Origin: an uncultured Acidobacteriota bacterium
GTDB taxonomy: Bacteria; Actinomycetota; Acidimicrobiia; Spongiisociales; ZC4RG35
Reading direction: 5' to 3'
NCBI GenBank assembly: GCA_963848695.1
Contig: CAWKEI010000010.1
Coordinates: forward strand, 4,905 to 68,904
Length of the DNA: 64,000 bases
Below, piece after piece: positions 38,963 through 48,952 of the stretch. The notes under the pieces were generated by a model. That model saw only the letters and a program-made list of their open reading frames with translations. It made no database searches and had not been told where the DNA came from. Positions within the stretch are counted from its first letter, which is position 1, and the number at the start of each line of letters is the position of its first letter. The position numbers and the translations under genes are program-made.

Positions 38963-40876
38963 CTACTGGCTGTCCGAGGCGACCCGGCCCATCGAGCCCA
39001 CCTGACCGGCGTCGTTACCTGCCTTGATCCTTGCCCCACGATCGAGCTCGCGCCGAACAAGGGTGCCATGCAGGTCCGACATCTGCGTGTCGGTCACCTC
39101 GGGAAGGTCGAAAGCGGCGCGGACGAAGGCCGCGGTGTCGGCCCGGTAGTCGTGGCCGAAAGACTTGAACTCACCGGGAACCGTCACCATGGCGTTCATT
39201 GCGTCGACGATGACCTGGGTGAACGTGATGACCGGGGACCACTTCATCGACTCCGGCACCCCCCTTCCCCGCCGGCCGTCGAGCCACGGCGGTCGCTTCA
39301 CCGCCATCCGCAGCGACATCTGTGCGATCGGGTCGTTGTCGTGATCGACGATCACCGATCGCAGGTTCTTCCGCTCTTCCTCGCCCAAAGCCTGGTATTG
39401 CTCGAAATGGTCGAAGGGGACCACTGTGCCCGCAGGGGTGAGCGGGTTGCGCCCTTCCCGCATCCCGGTCTTGGACCACCGGGCCAACCCGGGCAGACCG
39501 AACCAGAGGGCCCGGTGGATGCCGTAATGATCGAACCCCTCGATCCCCTGATGCATCACGACATCCGAGCTGGACCATGCCCCGAGACTCTCTCCGAACA
39601 CGAGGACCTTTGGCCGCTTCTCCTCGGGGACCGACCGGAGTCGTTGTTTGACGCCCCACAGCAACTGCCTGAATTGGGCTCGCCCCAGTGAGACGCCCTG
39701 CACCTCGAGGAACGAGGGAGCCTTGCCATACTGGATGCACGCTGTGGCGATGTCGCCTCGGGTGAGGATCTCGGCCGACTCGATCACGGTGTGATCCACC
39801 CAGCCGGTCCCGGTGGGGGACACCAGCAGCAGATAGCTCCGATCGAATGCGCCGAGCCGCTCCATCTCGTTGAGGGCGAGCTCCGACCTGCCGGTGGCAT
39901 AGATCGGTTCGTTGTCGACGCCGACATAGGCCCGAATCGGATGGGCGATGGCAGGTTTTCCCATCGTTTGTTCGATGACCTCCGGCGTGACGACCTCGGA
40001 TGCGTACCTTCGTCCCTGGAGGCCCATTTGGTCATAGGGGGAGATGCTGTTGGGGCCGCCGGATACGTGCTCATTGCTGGGCGGTGTGGCGAAAGCCGGC
40101 TCGATCTTGGAGTTGGCTCGGGAGATCTTCGTCACCAGCCCTCGGTAGAGCGCCACGGCGCCGACCCCCCACAGTGCGAGGTTGAGACCCCTCCCGATGA
40201 CCGCGTGACCCGCCCCGCTACCCATGTAACTCACCATCGAGTTTCTGGAACTGGCATAGCCCCGGCCCATGAGGCGTCCCCCGTTGGCCACCAGCGCTGC
40301 GATGCCAACCGACGCGAAGATGTTGGCCGGCTTGTCGTCATCGGTCCACTTGGCCACGACTCCTTGCCGGGTCTCCAGCTCCTTGGACCATCTCGTCATC
40401 GCGTATCCGAAACCACCGAGGCCGGTGACGATCGGCACGATCGGAGTCTCGATCTTCTCGCTGACATCGGTCGCTGCCTCATAGATGATCCCGCCGACGG
40501 CAGCCACGTTTATCAGCTTGCCGGCTGTGCGAAGCGATGCCCTGCCGGTGGACTCGTCCTCGGTCTCGGAGATCCGTCCCAGGGCTGCGCCTCCAACGGC
40601 CATCGCGGCGCGGGCGCCTATCCGCCAGGCCAGAGGGGAGGTCTCGGGGGCGAATCGACGGGCGATCGCATCGACGCTGGTGCCGATGGCGCGTGCCGAG
40701 ATCACCGCCAGGCCTCCGGCAATGCCCTGGTGGACTGAGGAGCGCGGCATCAAGGAGGGCCCGAACGAGTCGAGGGCGGCGCCTGTTATGAGCGGTGCTG
40801 CGGGCCCGCTGGTCAATGGGTTGAGCCGGTCGGCCAGTTTGAGCAGCCAGTTGAGATACGCGGAGGTGTCGGCCAT
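38963..40876 (-). CDS. membrane-associated alpha/beta-hydrolase family protein (Abhydrolase_9-like, N-terminal multi-TM domain)
   Basis: 637 aa. N-terminal hydrophobic domain then hydrolase fold with nucleophile elbow VFGESLGAW (G-x-S-x-G). Confidence 0.55.
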   Translation of the reverse strand: MADTSAYLNWLLKLADRLNPLTSGPAAPLITGAALDSFGPSLMPRSSVHQGIAGGLAVISARAIGTSVDAIARRFAPETSPLAWRIGARAAMAVGGAALGRISETEDESTGRASLRTAGKLINVAAVGGIIYEAATDVSEKIETPIVPIVTGLGGFGYAMTRWSKELETRQGVVAKWTDDDKPANIFASVGIAALVANGGRLMGRGYASSRNSMVSYMGSGAGHAVIGRGLNLALWGVGAVALYRGLVTKISRANSKIEPAFATPPSNEHVSGGPNSISPYDQMGLQGRRYASEVVTPEVIEQTMGKPAIAHPIRAYVGVDNEPIYATGRSELALNEMERLGAFDRSYLLLVSPTGTGWVDHTVIESAEILTRGDIATACIQYGKAPSFLEVQGVSLGRAQFRQLLWGVKQRLRSVPEEKRPKVLVFGESLGAWSSSDVVMHQGIEGFDHYGIHRALWFGLPGLARWSKTGMREGRNPLTPAGTVVPFDHFEQYQALGEEERKNLRSVIVDHDNDPIAQMSLRMAVKRPPWLDGRRGRGVPESMKWSPVITFTQVIVDAMNAMVTVPGEFKSFGHDYRADTAAFVRAAFDLPEVTDTQMSDLHGTLVRRELDRGARIKAGNDAGQVGSMGRVASDSQ

Positions 40877-40916
40877 TACCTAGACGGTATACCGATCATC
40901 CGACGATGGGTGTCGA

Positions 40917-42081
40917 TCAGCCTAAGTGGTTGGGGTCCGGGCTTGAGAGGTGGGGAGAAGGGGAAACTGTTCCGGTCCAATCAGGAGGTGCCCGGTTGAC
41001 CCGGCGGAATCTGATTCGTCCGTGGTCGGGGTGGTGGTAGGGCTGGAAGCCTTGTTGGTGGATGACGATCTGGTGGTGGTACCAGCAGAGGGTGATCAGA
41101 TTGTCGGGGTCGGTGGGTCCGCCTTGTGACCAGGGGATGAGATGGTGGATTTGGAGCCGGTTTCGGCTGTCGCATCCGTCGGCGCGGCAGGTGTTGTGGT
41201 CGCGGTGGAGGATGGCCCGTCGGAGGGCGGGTGGGATGGTCCTGTTGCTGTCGTCCGTAACGCATCGGGGTGCCGTCTTCGGCCCGGGCGGTGATCTCGG
41301 TGATGGCATCGCAGAGGATGGCTTCTAGAGCGTCCCGGCCGATCCTGGGCCCGGCCTCCAGCACCACACCTGCTTGACCGTTGGAGGGGCCGGCTTGGGT
41401 GGCGTCGACGAATACGGTGAGTTGGGCCGGGGGCGGCTCGTCGCTGACACAGAGCTCGGCGAGGGCGAGTGCTTTCCGCCATGAGCTATCCCCTCGGCTC
41501 CCGTCGGGGAGGAGAGGCAGCTGGTCGGCTTTCTCTGAGATCACCTTGTCGACCAGGGCACCGGTGGCTCCGTCCAATCCTCCCCACAGTCTCCACCAGG
41601 ATTCGTCCAGGGAGGGTTGCATCACCAGAAACTGGTCTTTGGTGGTCCGGTGTTCGTCCTCGGCGCTGATCCGGGCCCGGTGGGCTGCTTCTCGACGGAC
41701 TCCGGCCACATCGAGATGCTCCAGTAGCCCAACGTTCTCGGGGATCCGGGAGAGGGCTTCGAGACGGTCGAAGCTGATCTCACCCGAAGCCAACGCTTCC
41801 CTCAGCTCGGGTCGGTCCACCGTCCGTCGCATCGTCCGCACCAGGTTCTTCGCCGAATCGGGATGGAAATCGAGCCGAGCTGTCGTCCACTCCGACAGGT
41901 TCCGGCAACCATCCGCAGTTGCCACCTGCCGGTAGTCGAGCTCCTCGAGATCCAGTATCTGATCGTGGGTGAGCCGGCTGATCTCGGCCTGGCGAGCCAA
42001 CATTCGCTGTTCCAGCTGGTCGGTCGAAAGTAGCGTGCGCTCCATACCTCCGAACATACGTTCGGGGTGGGACAGAAACAA
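40917..42081 (-). pseudogene. DUF222 / HNH endonuclease (actinobacterial 13E12-repeat-like gene) disrupted by a frameshift at ~41241-41250
   Basis: DUF222 N-domain in ORF 40981..42081, whose last ~75 aa are Pro/Arg-rich nonsense. The HNH motif (CRADGCDSRNRLQIHHLIPWSQGGPTDPDNLITLCWYHH) lies in the other frame (40917..41309). Removing one A from CAGCAACAGG restores ...GRQHRTIPPALRRAILHRD... Confidence 0.6.
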
Positions 42082-42135
42082 GGGGTTCGTATGCCGATTT
42101 GGGAGATTTCTTTGAAGACGGCGCCGACTTGGTTG

Positions 42136-43233
42136 CTACGCCTTCTCCACCTCATCCAAGAGCTCGTGCCAGCTCTTGGTGAACTTCTCCACTCCCTCGT
42201 CTTCGAGCACTTGGACCACGTCGTCGTAGTCGACCCCCACCTCGGCGAGCCGGGCCAGATCGGCCTCGGCCAACTGGATGTCGGGGTCGGTGAACGGCTC
42301 GGGAGCCGGGTTGCCATGATCCTGGTAGGCGTCGATGGTGTCCAGGGGCATGGTGTTTACCGTGTCCGACGCCACCAGATTCTCCACATAGAGGAGATCG
42401 GGATAGTCGGGGTTCTTGGTCGACGTCGAGGCCCAGAGCGGCTTCTGCACCCGGGCACCTTTGTCGGCGAGGGCGCGGAATCGCTCCGTCTGGAATTCCT
42501 GAAGGAACCGGCCGTAGGCGACCCGGGCGTTGGCCACGGCGGTGATTCCCCTCAAGGCAAGGGCTTGGGGGGTGCCGATCTCCTCCAAGCGCTTGTCGGT
42601 CTCGGTGTCGACCCGGGAGACGAAGAACGAGGCGACCGAGGCCATCTTGCTCAGATCGCCGCCTGACGCGTCGAACTCCTCCAATCCGGAGAGGTAGGCG
42701 TCCATCACCTGGCTGTATCGCTCCAGGGAGAAGATCAGGGTGATGTTCACCGAGATCCCTTCGGCGAGCAGACGTCTGATCGCCGGGATGCCCTCCGGGG
42801 TGGCGGGGATCTTCACCAACAAGTTGGGCCGATCGATCTGCTTCACCCAATCCCGGGCCTCGGCCACGCTCGCGTCGGTGTCCCCGGCAAGAGTCGGCGC
42901 CACCTCCACCGAGACGAATCCGTCCGTCCCCTGACTCCTCTCGAATACGCCGAGCAGCTCCTCGCAAGCTCGTTTCAGGTCGGTGGCCATGAGGGTCTTG
43001 GCGATCTCCTCGGTGGAGACTCCACCGGCCTTCAAGTCACGGAGCTGGTCGTCGTACTCCGAGGAGCCGACAATCGCCCCCGCGAAGATCGTGGGGTTGG
43101 AGGTGACCCCGGTCACGGCATCATCGGCGATCCGGCGGGCCAGCTCACCGGAATCGAGCATGGCCTTGGAGATCTGGTCCGACCAGATGGAGACTCCGGC
43201 TGCGGCCAGGCCGTGAAGGTTGGAAGCGCTCAT
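42136..43233 (-). CDS. tal: transaldolase (long actinobacterial type)
   Basis: MSASNLHGLAAAGVSIWSDQISKAML...TSNPTIF transaldolase N-terminus. Start moved to the internal ATG; the upstream 59 codons are Arg/Pro-rich. Confidence 0.85.
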   Translation of the reverse strand: MSASNLHGLAAAGVSIWSDQISKAMLDSGELARRIADDAVTGVTSNPTIFAGAIVGSSEYDDQLRDLKAGGVSTEEIAKTLMATDLKRACEELLGVFERSQGTDGFVSVEVAPTLAGDTDASVAEARDWVKQIDRPNLLVKIPATPEGIPAIRRLLAEGISVNITLIFSLERYSQVMDAYLSGLEEFDASGGDLSKMASVASFFVSRVDTETDKRLEEIGTPQALALRGITAVANARVAYGRFLQEFQTERFRALADKGARVQKPLWASTSTKNPDYPDLLYVENLVASDTVNTMPLDTIDAYQDHGNPAPEPFTDPDIQLAEADLARLAEVGVDYDDVVQVLEDEGVEKFTKSWHELLDEVEKA

Positions 43234-43289
43234 GCCGCAAGGGTAGGACGGTCGCTGCATTCGGGTTCTCGACCGCATAGCCTCGTGGC

Positions 43290-43943
43290 GTGAGCCTGGT
43301 TGTCGTCGAGCCAGAGGGGCCGACCACCTCGGGAACGCCGGCGCCGCGGCGCTCGCCGGCTGCGAGGCATTGGGCGTTGGCCGCGATCGTGGGGGTCCTC
43401 GCCGCAACAACGTTCGCCATAGGGGAGAGTGGCGGCATCGAGCTTGCGACGGGCTCAGACCGACGGCTCATCGAAGCCCATCTCGCTGCTTGGTACGGCG
43501 GCGATTTCGATGCAGCAAACGCACTCCGAGCGCCCGAACGGCTTCGAACCGGTCCGTCGGAGGAGAGGGCACGGGAAGAGGTGGCTTATCAAGCAGCCTT
43601 GGAAGCCGGCACAGAGCTCCTCGACTGCGAGCGGCTACCTCCGTCGACGCTGCGATGCGACGTTGCCTATTCCAACGCCCTCAATGACGCCGCAGACATG
43701 CCGCCTGCGATCGTCTCCCAGCAATTCGGCATCGAGGACGAGCGGGTCCTTTTTGTCGCCGGGCCCTATCTCGAAGACGAGGCGTTGACCGCTTCGTTTC
43801 GCAGATTCGCCGAGGCCGAATTTCCCGTGGAGTACTCGGATGCCTGCTTCGAGGAGCCCAACTACCAAACAGTCGCTTGCGCCGAGCTGAAGCTGGCTCA
43901 TCTCGAGGAATGGGCAGCCTGGCACCGGATTGAAGAAGGCTGA
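43290..43943 (+). CDS. hypothetical membrane-anchored/secreted protein
   Basis: N-terminal TM/signal-like helix (HWALAAIVGVLAATTFAI). No known motif. Confidence 0.35.
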   Translation: MSLVVVEPEGPTTSGTPAPRRSPAARHWALAAIVGVLAATTFAIGESGGIELATGSDRRLIEAHLAAWYGGDFDAANALRAPERLRTGPSEERAREEVAYQAALEAGTELLDCERLPPSTLRCDVAYSNALNDAADMPPAIVSQQFGIEDERVLFVAGPYLEDEALTASFRRFAEAEFPVEYSDACFEEPNYQTVACAELKLAHLEEWAAWHRIEEG

Positions 43944-44003
43944 TCCATAGTGGCCCGTCGCCCTATTTCTGCGACAGACCACTAGCTACCCTTCGGCTCC
44001 GGC

Positions 44004-44399
44004 ATGCCCCGACGCATCCTCATCGCCAAACCAGGTCTAGATGGTCACGATCGCGGAGCGAAGGTGATCGCCCGGGCCCTGCGTGACGCAGGCTTCGAGG
44101 TCATCTACTCGGGGCTGCACCAGACGCCGGCCCAAATCGCCGAGGCTGCAGTCCAGGAGGATGTCGATGCCGTCGGTCTCTCCTCCCTCTCCGGGGCTCA
44201 CAAGACCCTCTTCCCCCAGGTGGTCGAGGAGCTTGCCGCCAGGGACGGCTCCGACATCATGGTGTTCGGGGGCGGAGTGATCCCGGAGGCCGATTTCCAG
44301 GGATTGCTCGATGCGGGTTTGGCCACGATCTTCACCCCGGGGACGCCGCTCGATGCCATCACGTCGTGGGCCGAGTCCAACGTCCCATCCAAGGTCTAG
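44004..44399 (+). CDS. cobalamin (B12)-binding domain protein, methylmalonyl-CoA-mutase small-subunit-like
   Basis: [32 protein letters not shown] with the DxHxxG B12-binding motif, 131 aa. Confidence 0.7.
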   Translation: MPRRILIAKPGLDGHDRGAKVIARALRDAGFEVIYSGLHQTPAQIAEAAVQEDVDAVGLSSLSGAHKTLFPQVVEELAARDGSDIMVFGGGVIPEADFQGLLDAGLATIFTPGTPLDAITSWAESNVPSKV

Positions 44400-44418
44400 T
44401 GTCCCACTGGAGCGCCGT

Positions 44419-45642
44419 TTGAAGATCCATGAGCACCAGGCCAAGCAGATCATGGCCGAACGGGGGATAGCCGTTCCTCTCGGCCGGATGGCCACGACGG
44501 TGGAGGATGCCGTCGCTGCAGTTCGGCCGCTTATCGAGGAGTCGGGCAAGCCGGTGGTAGTGCTCAAGTCGCAAATCCACGCCGGCGGGCGGGGCAAGGG
44601 CACCTTCAAGGAGTACCCGGACCTGCGCGGGGTCAATGTGATCACCGAGGGCATCGAAGGCGGACCCGCCGCTGCAGAGGAAAGGGTCCGCGAGCTCGCC
44701 GGCAAGATGCTCGGCTCGACCCTCGTCACCGTGCAGACCGGGCCCGAGGGCAAGGTGGTGAACCGTGTCTATCTCGAGCAGGGGATCGACATCGCCCGAG
44801 AGCTCTATCTAGCCGTCCTGCTCGACCGCTCGGCGAGCCGGAACATCGTCATGGCCTCCACCGAAGGGGGGATGGAGATCGAGAAGGTCGCTGCGGAGAC
44901 TCCGGAGAAGATCTTGCGACAGGAGATCGACCCCGTAATCGACCTGGCGGACTTCCAGGCCAATGAGCTGGCTCACGGCCTCGGCATCGAGGGCGATACC
45001 ACTGGCGACTTCATCAGGTTCGTCAAAGCCCTCGACCGGGCTGCTACCGAGCTCGACACCGATCTGATCGAGATAAACCCTCTGGTCATCACCGGCTCGG
45101 GGCAGGTAATGGCCCTCGACGGGAAGATGGCCTTCGACGACAACGCCCTGTTCCGCCATCCGGATATCGCAGCGATGCGCGACGAAACCGAGGAGGACCC
45201 GGCCGAGGTGGAAGCCAAGGAGGCAGGGCTCAGCTACATCAAACTCGACGGGACGATCGGATGCCTGGTCAACGGGGCGGGGCTGGCCATGGCCACCATG
45301 GACACGATCAAACACGTTGGCGGCGAGCCGGCCAACTTTCTCGACGTCGGGGGCGGCGCCGACGAGCAACAGGTGACCACCGCCTTCCAGATCATCACCA
45401 AAGACCCGGCGGTGAGGGGCATATTCGTGAACATCTTCGGTGGGATCATGCGCTGCGATGTCATTGCCGCCGGGATCGTGGCCGCGGTCAAGAGCGTTGG
45501 GCTGGCGGTGCCGCTGGTGGTCCGACTGGAGGGAACCAACGTCGAAGAGGGCAAGAGCATCCTGCGGGACTCGGGGCTCGACCTGGTGGCGGCGGACAGT
45601 CTGAAGGACGGTGCTGAGAAGATCGTGGAGCTGGTCCGATGA
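44419..45642 (+). CDS. sucC: succinate--CoA ligase (ADP-forming) beta subunit
   Basis: From TTG: (M)[22 protein letters not shown]-grasp N-terminus; C-terminal [14 protein letters not shown] motif. Confidence 0.9.
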   Translation: MKIHEHQAKQIMAERGIAVPLGRMATTVEDAVAAVRPLIEESGKPVVVLKSQIHAGGRGKGTFKEYPDLRGVNVITEGIEGGPAAAEERVRELAGKMLGSTLVTVQTGPEGKVVNRVYLEQGIDIARELYLAVLLDRSASRNIVMASTEGGMEIEKVAAETPEKILRQEIDPVIDLADFQANELAHGLGIEGDTTGDFIRFVKALDRAATELDTDLIEINPLVITGSGQVMALDGKMAFDDNALFRHPDIAAMRDETEEDPAEVEAKEAGLSYIKLDGTIGCLVNGAGLAMATMDTIKHVGGEPANFLDVGGGADEQQVTTAFQIITKDPAVRGIFVNIFGGIMRCDVIAAGIVAAVKSVGLAVPLVVRLEGTNVEEGKSILRDSGLDLVAADSLKDGAEKIVELVR

Positions 45643-46562
45643 GCATCCTCGTTGGCAAGGACACCCGTGTCTTGATCCAGGGGCTGGGCAAGACGGGCCA
45701 ATTCCACACCGACAAGGCCATTGCCTACGGGACTCAGATGGTCGGAGCGGTTCATCCATCGCGGCAGGGGACCATTGCCCACTTCGAGGGCGAGACCGAT
45801 CACTCTGGCGTGCCCGGGCGTGACGAAACATATTCGGTCGATCTCCCGGTGTTCGCCACGGTGTCCGAGGCTGTGGCCGCAACAGGGGCCAACGCCTCGG
45901 TTGTCTACGTCCCACCTCCCTTCGCTGCCGATGCCATCATGGAGGCCGCCGCAGCCGGCCTCGACCTGGTGGTGGCCATCACCGAAGGTGTCCCCGTCAC
46001 CGACATGATCGAGGCCAAGCGATACCTGGCGGACAAGCCAACCCGTCTCATCGGCCCCAATTGCCCGGGTGTGATCACTCCGGGGGAGTGCAAGATCGGG
46101 ATCATGCCCGGCTATATCCACGAGCGGGGAAGAGTCGGGGTGATCTCGCGCTCGGGGACTCTCACCTATGAGGCGGTCTATCAGCTGACGCTGAATGGGC
46201 TGGGGCAGACCACAGCTGTGGGGATCGGAGGGGACCCGGTCAACGGCACCAATTTCGTCGACATGCTTCGCATGTTCGAAGACGACCCCGAGACCGACGG
46301 AGTGATCATGATCGGTGAGATCGGGGGCACGGCGGAGGAGGATGCCGCCGACTTCGTCTCGGCTTCCATGACCAAACCGGTCGCCGGGTTCATCGCCGGG
46401 ACTACGGCGCCGCCCGGGAAGAGGATGGGCCACGCCGGCGCCATCGTCTCCGGAGGCAGGGGCACTGCGGCGGCCAAGATCGAGGCCATGAACAAGGCCG
46501 GCATCGTCATGGCCGAGACTCCCAGCGACATGGGCGAGGCCATGGCCCGTGCTCTCGGCTGA
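45639..46562 (+). CDS. sucD: succinate--CoA ligase alpha subunit
   Basis: [24 protein letters not shown], catalytic His loop [10 protein letters not shown], 4-nt overlap with sucC. Confidence 0.92.
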   Translation: MSILVGKDTRVLIQGLGKTGQFHTDKAIAYGTQMVGAVHPSRQGTIAHFEGETDHSGVPGRDETYSVDLPVFATVSEAVAATGANASVVYVPPPFAADAIMEAAAAGLDLVVAITEGVPVTDMIEAKRYLADKPTRLIGPNCPGVITPGECKIGIMPGYIHERGRVGVISRSGTLTYEAVYQLTLNGLGQTTAVGIGGDPVNGTNFVDMLRMFEDDPETDGVIMIGEIGGTAEEDAADFVSASMTKPVAGFIAGTTAPPGKRMGHAGAIVSGGRGTAAAKIEAMNKAGIVMAETPSDMGEAMARALG

Positions 46563-47211
46563 GCATCTAGAGGCGATTCGCTCCGCCGGCGAGCGCATCC
46601 TCGAGTTGGCCCGCAGGGATCGGGAGCGCCCGGTACCTCAGTATCCCGGTTGGAAGGTCACCGATTTGGTGTCGCATCTGGCCTCGATTCATGGCCGGAC
46701 GACACTCATCTGCCGGGAGCTCCCCGAAGAGCGGCCCTCGGCCCCGCGTCTTCTGGAGGGCGCCGACGTCCTCGACTGGTATGCGTCGAACCTGGCCGAG
46801 ATGCTCGCCACTCTCGAGCGGGCCGACCCGGACACCCTGGTCTGGGGGTTCTGGCCACGCTCCACCCTCGGGCTGTGGGAGCGAAGGATGGTGATCGAGA
46901 CCGGTGTCCATCGTTGGGATGCGGAGCAGGCATTCGGCGACCCGGGACCACTGACCGAGCTGGTCGCCCTGTCCGGCTTGAACGAGTTTGGCGAGATGTG
47001 GTTGCCCCGCTTGGGCGAGCTGCCCGTGTTGGAGGTGAAAGCCTCGGATCTGGGTCGCAGCTGGGTGTTTGCCTCCGGGTCGCCGTTGCGGACGGTGGAC
47101 GGGACCGCGTCGGACATCTACTTGCGGCTCATGTCGCGTCCATCGCCTGTCGAGCTTCCTCGCCAATGGGCGGCGGCCGTAGACGCCCTGGAGCCGCCCC
47201 CGAAGCGGTAG
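46549..47211 (+). CDS. DinB/mycothiol-dependent maleylpyruvate isomerase N-terminal-domain family protein
   Basis: The N-terminal ~130 aa resemble the metal-binding DinB-like domain of actinobacterial TIGR03083-type proteins. Functional assignment tentative. Confidence 0.45.
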   Translation: MLSAEHLEAIRSAGERILELARRDRERPVPQYPGWKVTDLVSHLASIHGRTTLICRELPEERPSAPRLLEGADVLDWYASNLAEMLATLERADPDTLVWGFWPRSTLGLWERRMVIETGVHRWDAEQAFGDPGPLTELVALSGLNEFGEMWLPRLGELPVLEVKASDLGRSWVFASGSPLRTVDGTASDIYLRLMSRPSPVELPRQWAAAVDALEPPPKR

Positions 47212-47922
47212 TCAGAAGCGGGCCAAGTCGGCCTCGGCGTAGCCGGCCACAGCGACGTCGGCCGTGGTGACCTGACGCAGGGCCGCGACCAGCCCATCGA
47301 CTCGATTCCCGGGCACGGCCACTGTGAGCTCGTCGTCGCCCATCCCGGTGCGGGCCCGGGAGAGGGCACAGCCCATCGACGCCGCGATCACACCATCGTT
47401 GGCTGCCCTGGGCAGGATCTGGCACTGCGGCTTGCCCGACCAGTCCACCTCGACCGAATCATTGATCTCCATCATCTGCCGGGGGGTGACCCGGAGGAGC
47501 ACGACGTCGGGGACCAATCCCGCCTCAGCCAGCGGCCCATATCGCACGCCCTTGGGGCGGCGGGAGAGGGCGGCCACCCCGGCGAACGCCTCCATCGTCA
47601 CCCAACCGACTTCGAGGAGTGCGGCCACATCACTCTTGTCCAGGATGTCTTCGGCGTCGGCGAGCCCGTGAGTGAACCTCCCTACCGAGCAGTTGCCGTG
47701 GTCCTCCGCCACAGTGTCGAACGTTCGTTGTTGGGCGTGCATCCAGAACACGCACGGCGCGGCGGCCCGGCCTGATCGCCCGTCCTCGGTCGGCTGCGAC
47801 ATCGGCTCGTCGAACCTGGGCACACCGTCATTGGGTAGTTCATCGTGGAAAGTGATCGCAATCGGCGCATGTTCGAGGCCGAGCAGGTCGGTCAAGGCGT
47901 CGGAGAGGGCGGTTGGGCTCAT
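47212..47922 (-). CDS. hypothetical protein (DUF169-like)
   Basis: ~236 aa from the internal ATG (MSPTALSDALTDLLGLEHAPIAITF). Weak resemblance only. Confidence 0.3.
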   Translation of the reverse strand: MSPTALSDALTDLLGLEHAPIAITFHDELPNDGVPRFDEPMSQPTEDGRSGRAAAPCVFWMHAQQRTFDTVAEDHGNCSVGRFTHGLADAEDILDKSDVAALLEVGWVTMEAFAGVAALSRRPKGVRYGPLAEAGLVPDVVLLRVTPRQMMEINDSVEVDWSGKPQCQILPRAANDGVIAASMGCALSRARTGMGDDELTVAVPGNRVDGLVAALRQVTTADVAVAGYAEADLARF

Positions 47923-47953
47923 CGTTTCCTCGGCTAGGGGGTCGTCGGCGAAC

Positions 47954-48337
47954 TTAGCCGATCTTCTGGAACCCGATTCTCTGGTCGAAGAAGAGGGCGA
48001 TGACCTCCAAGTCGGGAAACCTCCCGGAGACCACGTCCACTGCCCTGAGCAGTTGTTGCTTCTGTTTCTCATCGGGGACGGGGTTGCCTGCGCAGTCGGA
48101 GTGAGCAGTCAGAGCAACCTGGTTGGTCCCGTGGGCTCGAATTGACACCTCCAGACTGCCGAGGAGACCTTCGCCGGTGGGGCTCACCGTCCCGTCCAGA
48201 TGCTGGACGGCTCCGGTCGACGTGATGTTGTCCACGTAGCGCACCCCGAATCGGGTCATCACTTGATCGAGGGTCCGGGTCTGGATCCTCCCGTCCATGC
48301 AGCCGATGACGGCGCCGAACTTCCCTTGCGAGGTCAT
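47954..48337 (-). CDS. small hypothetical protein with beta-carbonic-anhydrase-like zinc-ligand motifs (C-x-D-x-R ... H-x-D-C-x-G)
   Basis: GCMDGRIQ and LTAHSDCAGN resemble the two beta-CA zinc-site motifs, but the protein is only ~127 aa. Confidence 0.3.
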   Translation of the reverse strand: MTSQGKFGAVIGCMDGRIQTRTLDQVMTRFGVRYVDNITSTGAVQHLDGTVSPTGEGLLGSLEVSIRAHGTNQVALTAHSDCAGNPVPDEKQKQQLLRAVDVVSGRFPDLEVIALFFDQRIGFQKIG

Positions 48338-48396
48338 TCCCCCATTCTGGCGCGGAGATCTCCGCGCCAAAACGGTTGCCTCTACACTGCCCGGCC

Positions 48397-48951
48397 ATGG
48401 ATCTCATCTGGATCGTCGTGATCGTCGTCCTGGCGATCCTGTTATTCGCCTTCATCGGCATCTACAACGGGCTAGTCCAATCACGGAACCGGGTCGACAA
48501 CTCCTGGGCCCAGGTCGACGTGCAGCTCAAGCGTCGTTACGACCTGATCCCCAATCTCGTCGAGACGGTCAAGGGATACGCCTCTCACGAGCGGGAGACC
48601 TTCGAGCGAGTGACCCAGGCGAGGAGTGCGGCTCAGTCGGCCACCGGCCCGGCCGAGCAAGCCCAGGCCGAAGGCTTTCTGACCCAGGCCCTCCGTCAGC
48701 TGTTTGCGGTCGCCGAGGCATACCCGGAGCTGAGGGCGACGGAGAACTTCCAGAACCTGCAGAACGAGCTGGCCGAGACTGAGAACAAGATCGCTGTCTC
48801 CCGTCAGATCTACAACGACACCGTGCTGACTTACAACAACAAGGTGCAGCAGATCCCCACCAACATCGTGGCTTCGATGACCGGGTTCGACATCCGGGAG
48901 TTCTTCGAGGCCGGGCCCGAGGCGGTAGAGGCCCCGACCGTCGATTTCTGA
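48397..48951 (+). CDS. LemA family membrane protein
   Basis: N-terminal TM helix then NGLVQSRNRVDNSWAQVDVQLKRRYDLIPNLVETVKGYA. Confidence 0.75.
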   Translation: MDLIWIVVIVVLAILLFAFIGIYNGLVQSRNRVDNSWAQVDVQLKRRYDLIPNLVETVKGYASHERETFERVTQARSAAQSATGPAEQAQAEGFLTQALRQLFAVAEAYPELRATENFQNLQNELAETENKIAVSRQIYNDTVLTYNNKVQQIPTNIVASMTGFDIREFFEAGPEAVEAPTVDF

Positions 48952-48952
48952 G

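Noticed and set aside
40981-41250. C-terminal Pro/Arg-rich tail of ORF 40981..42081 as a genuine low-complexity domain
   Set aside because: It is the out-of-frame read-through of the HNH region. The HNH motif is present in the adjacent frame, so this is a frameshift.
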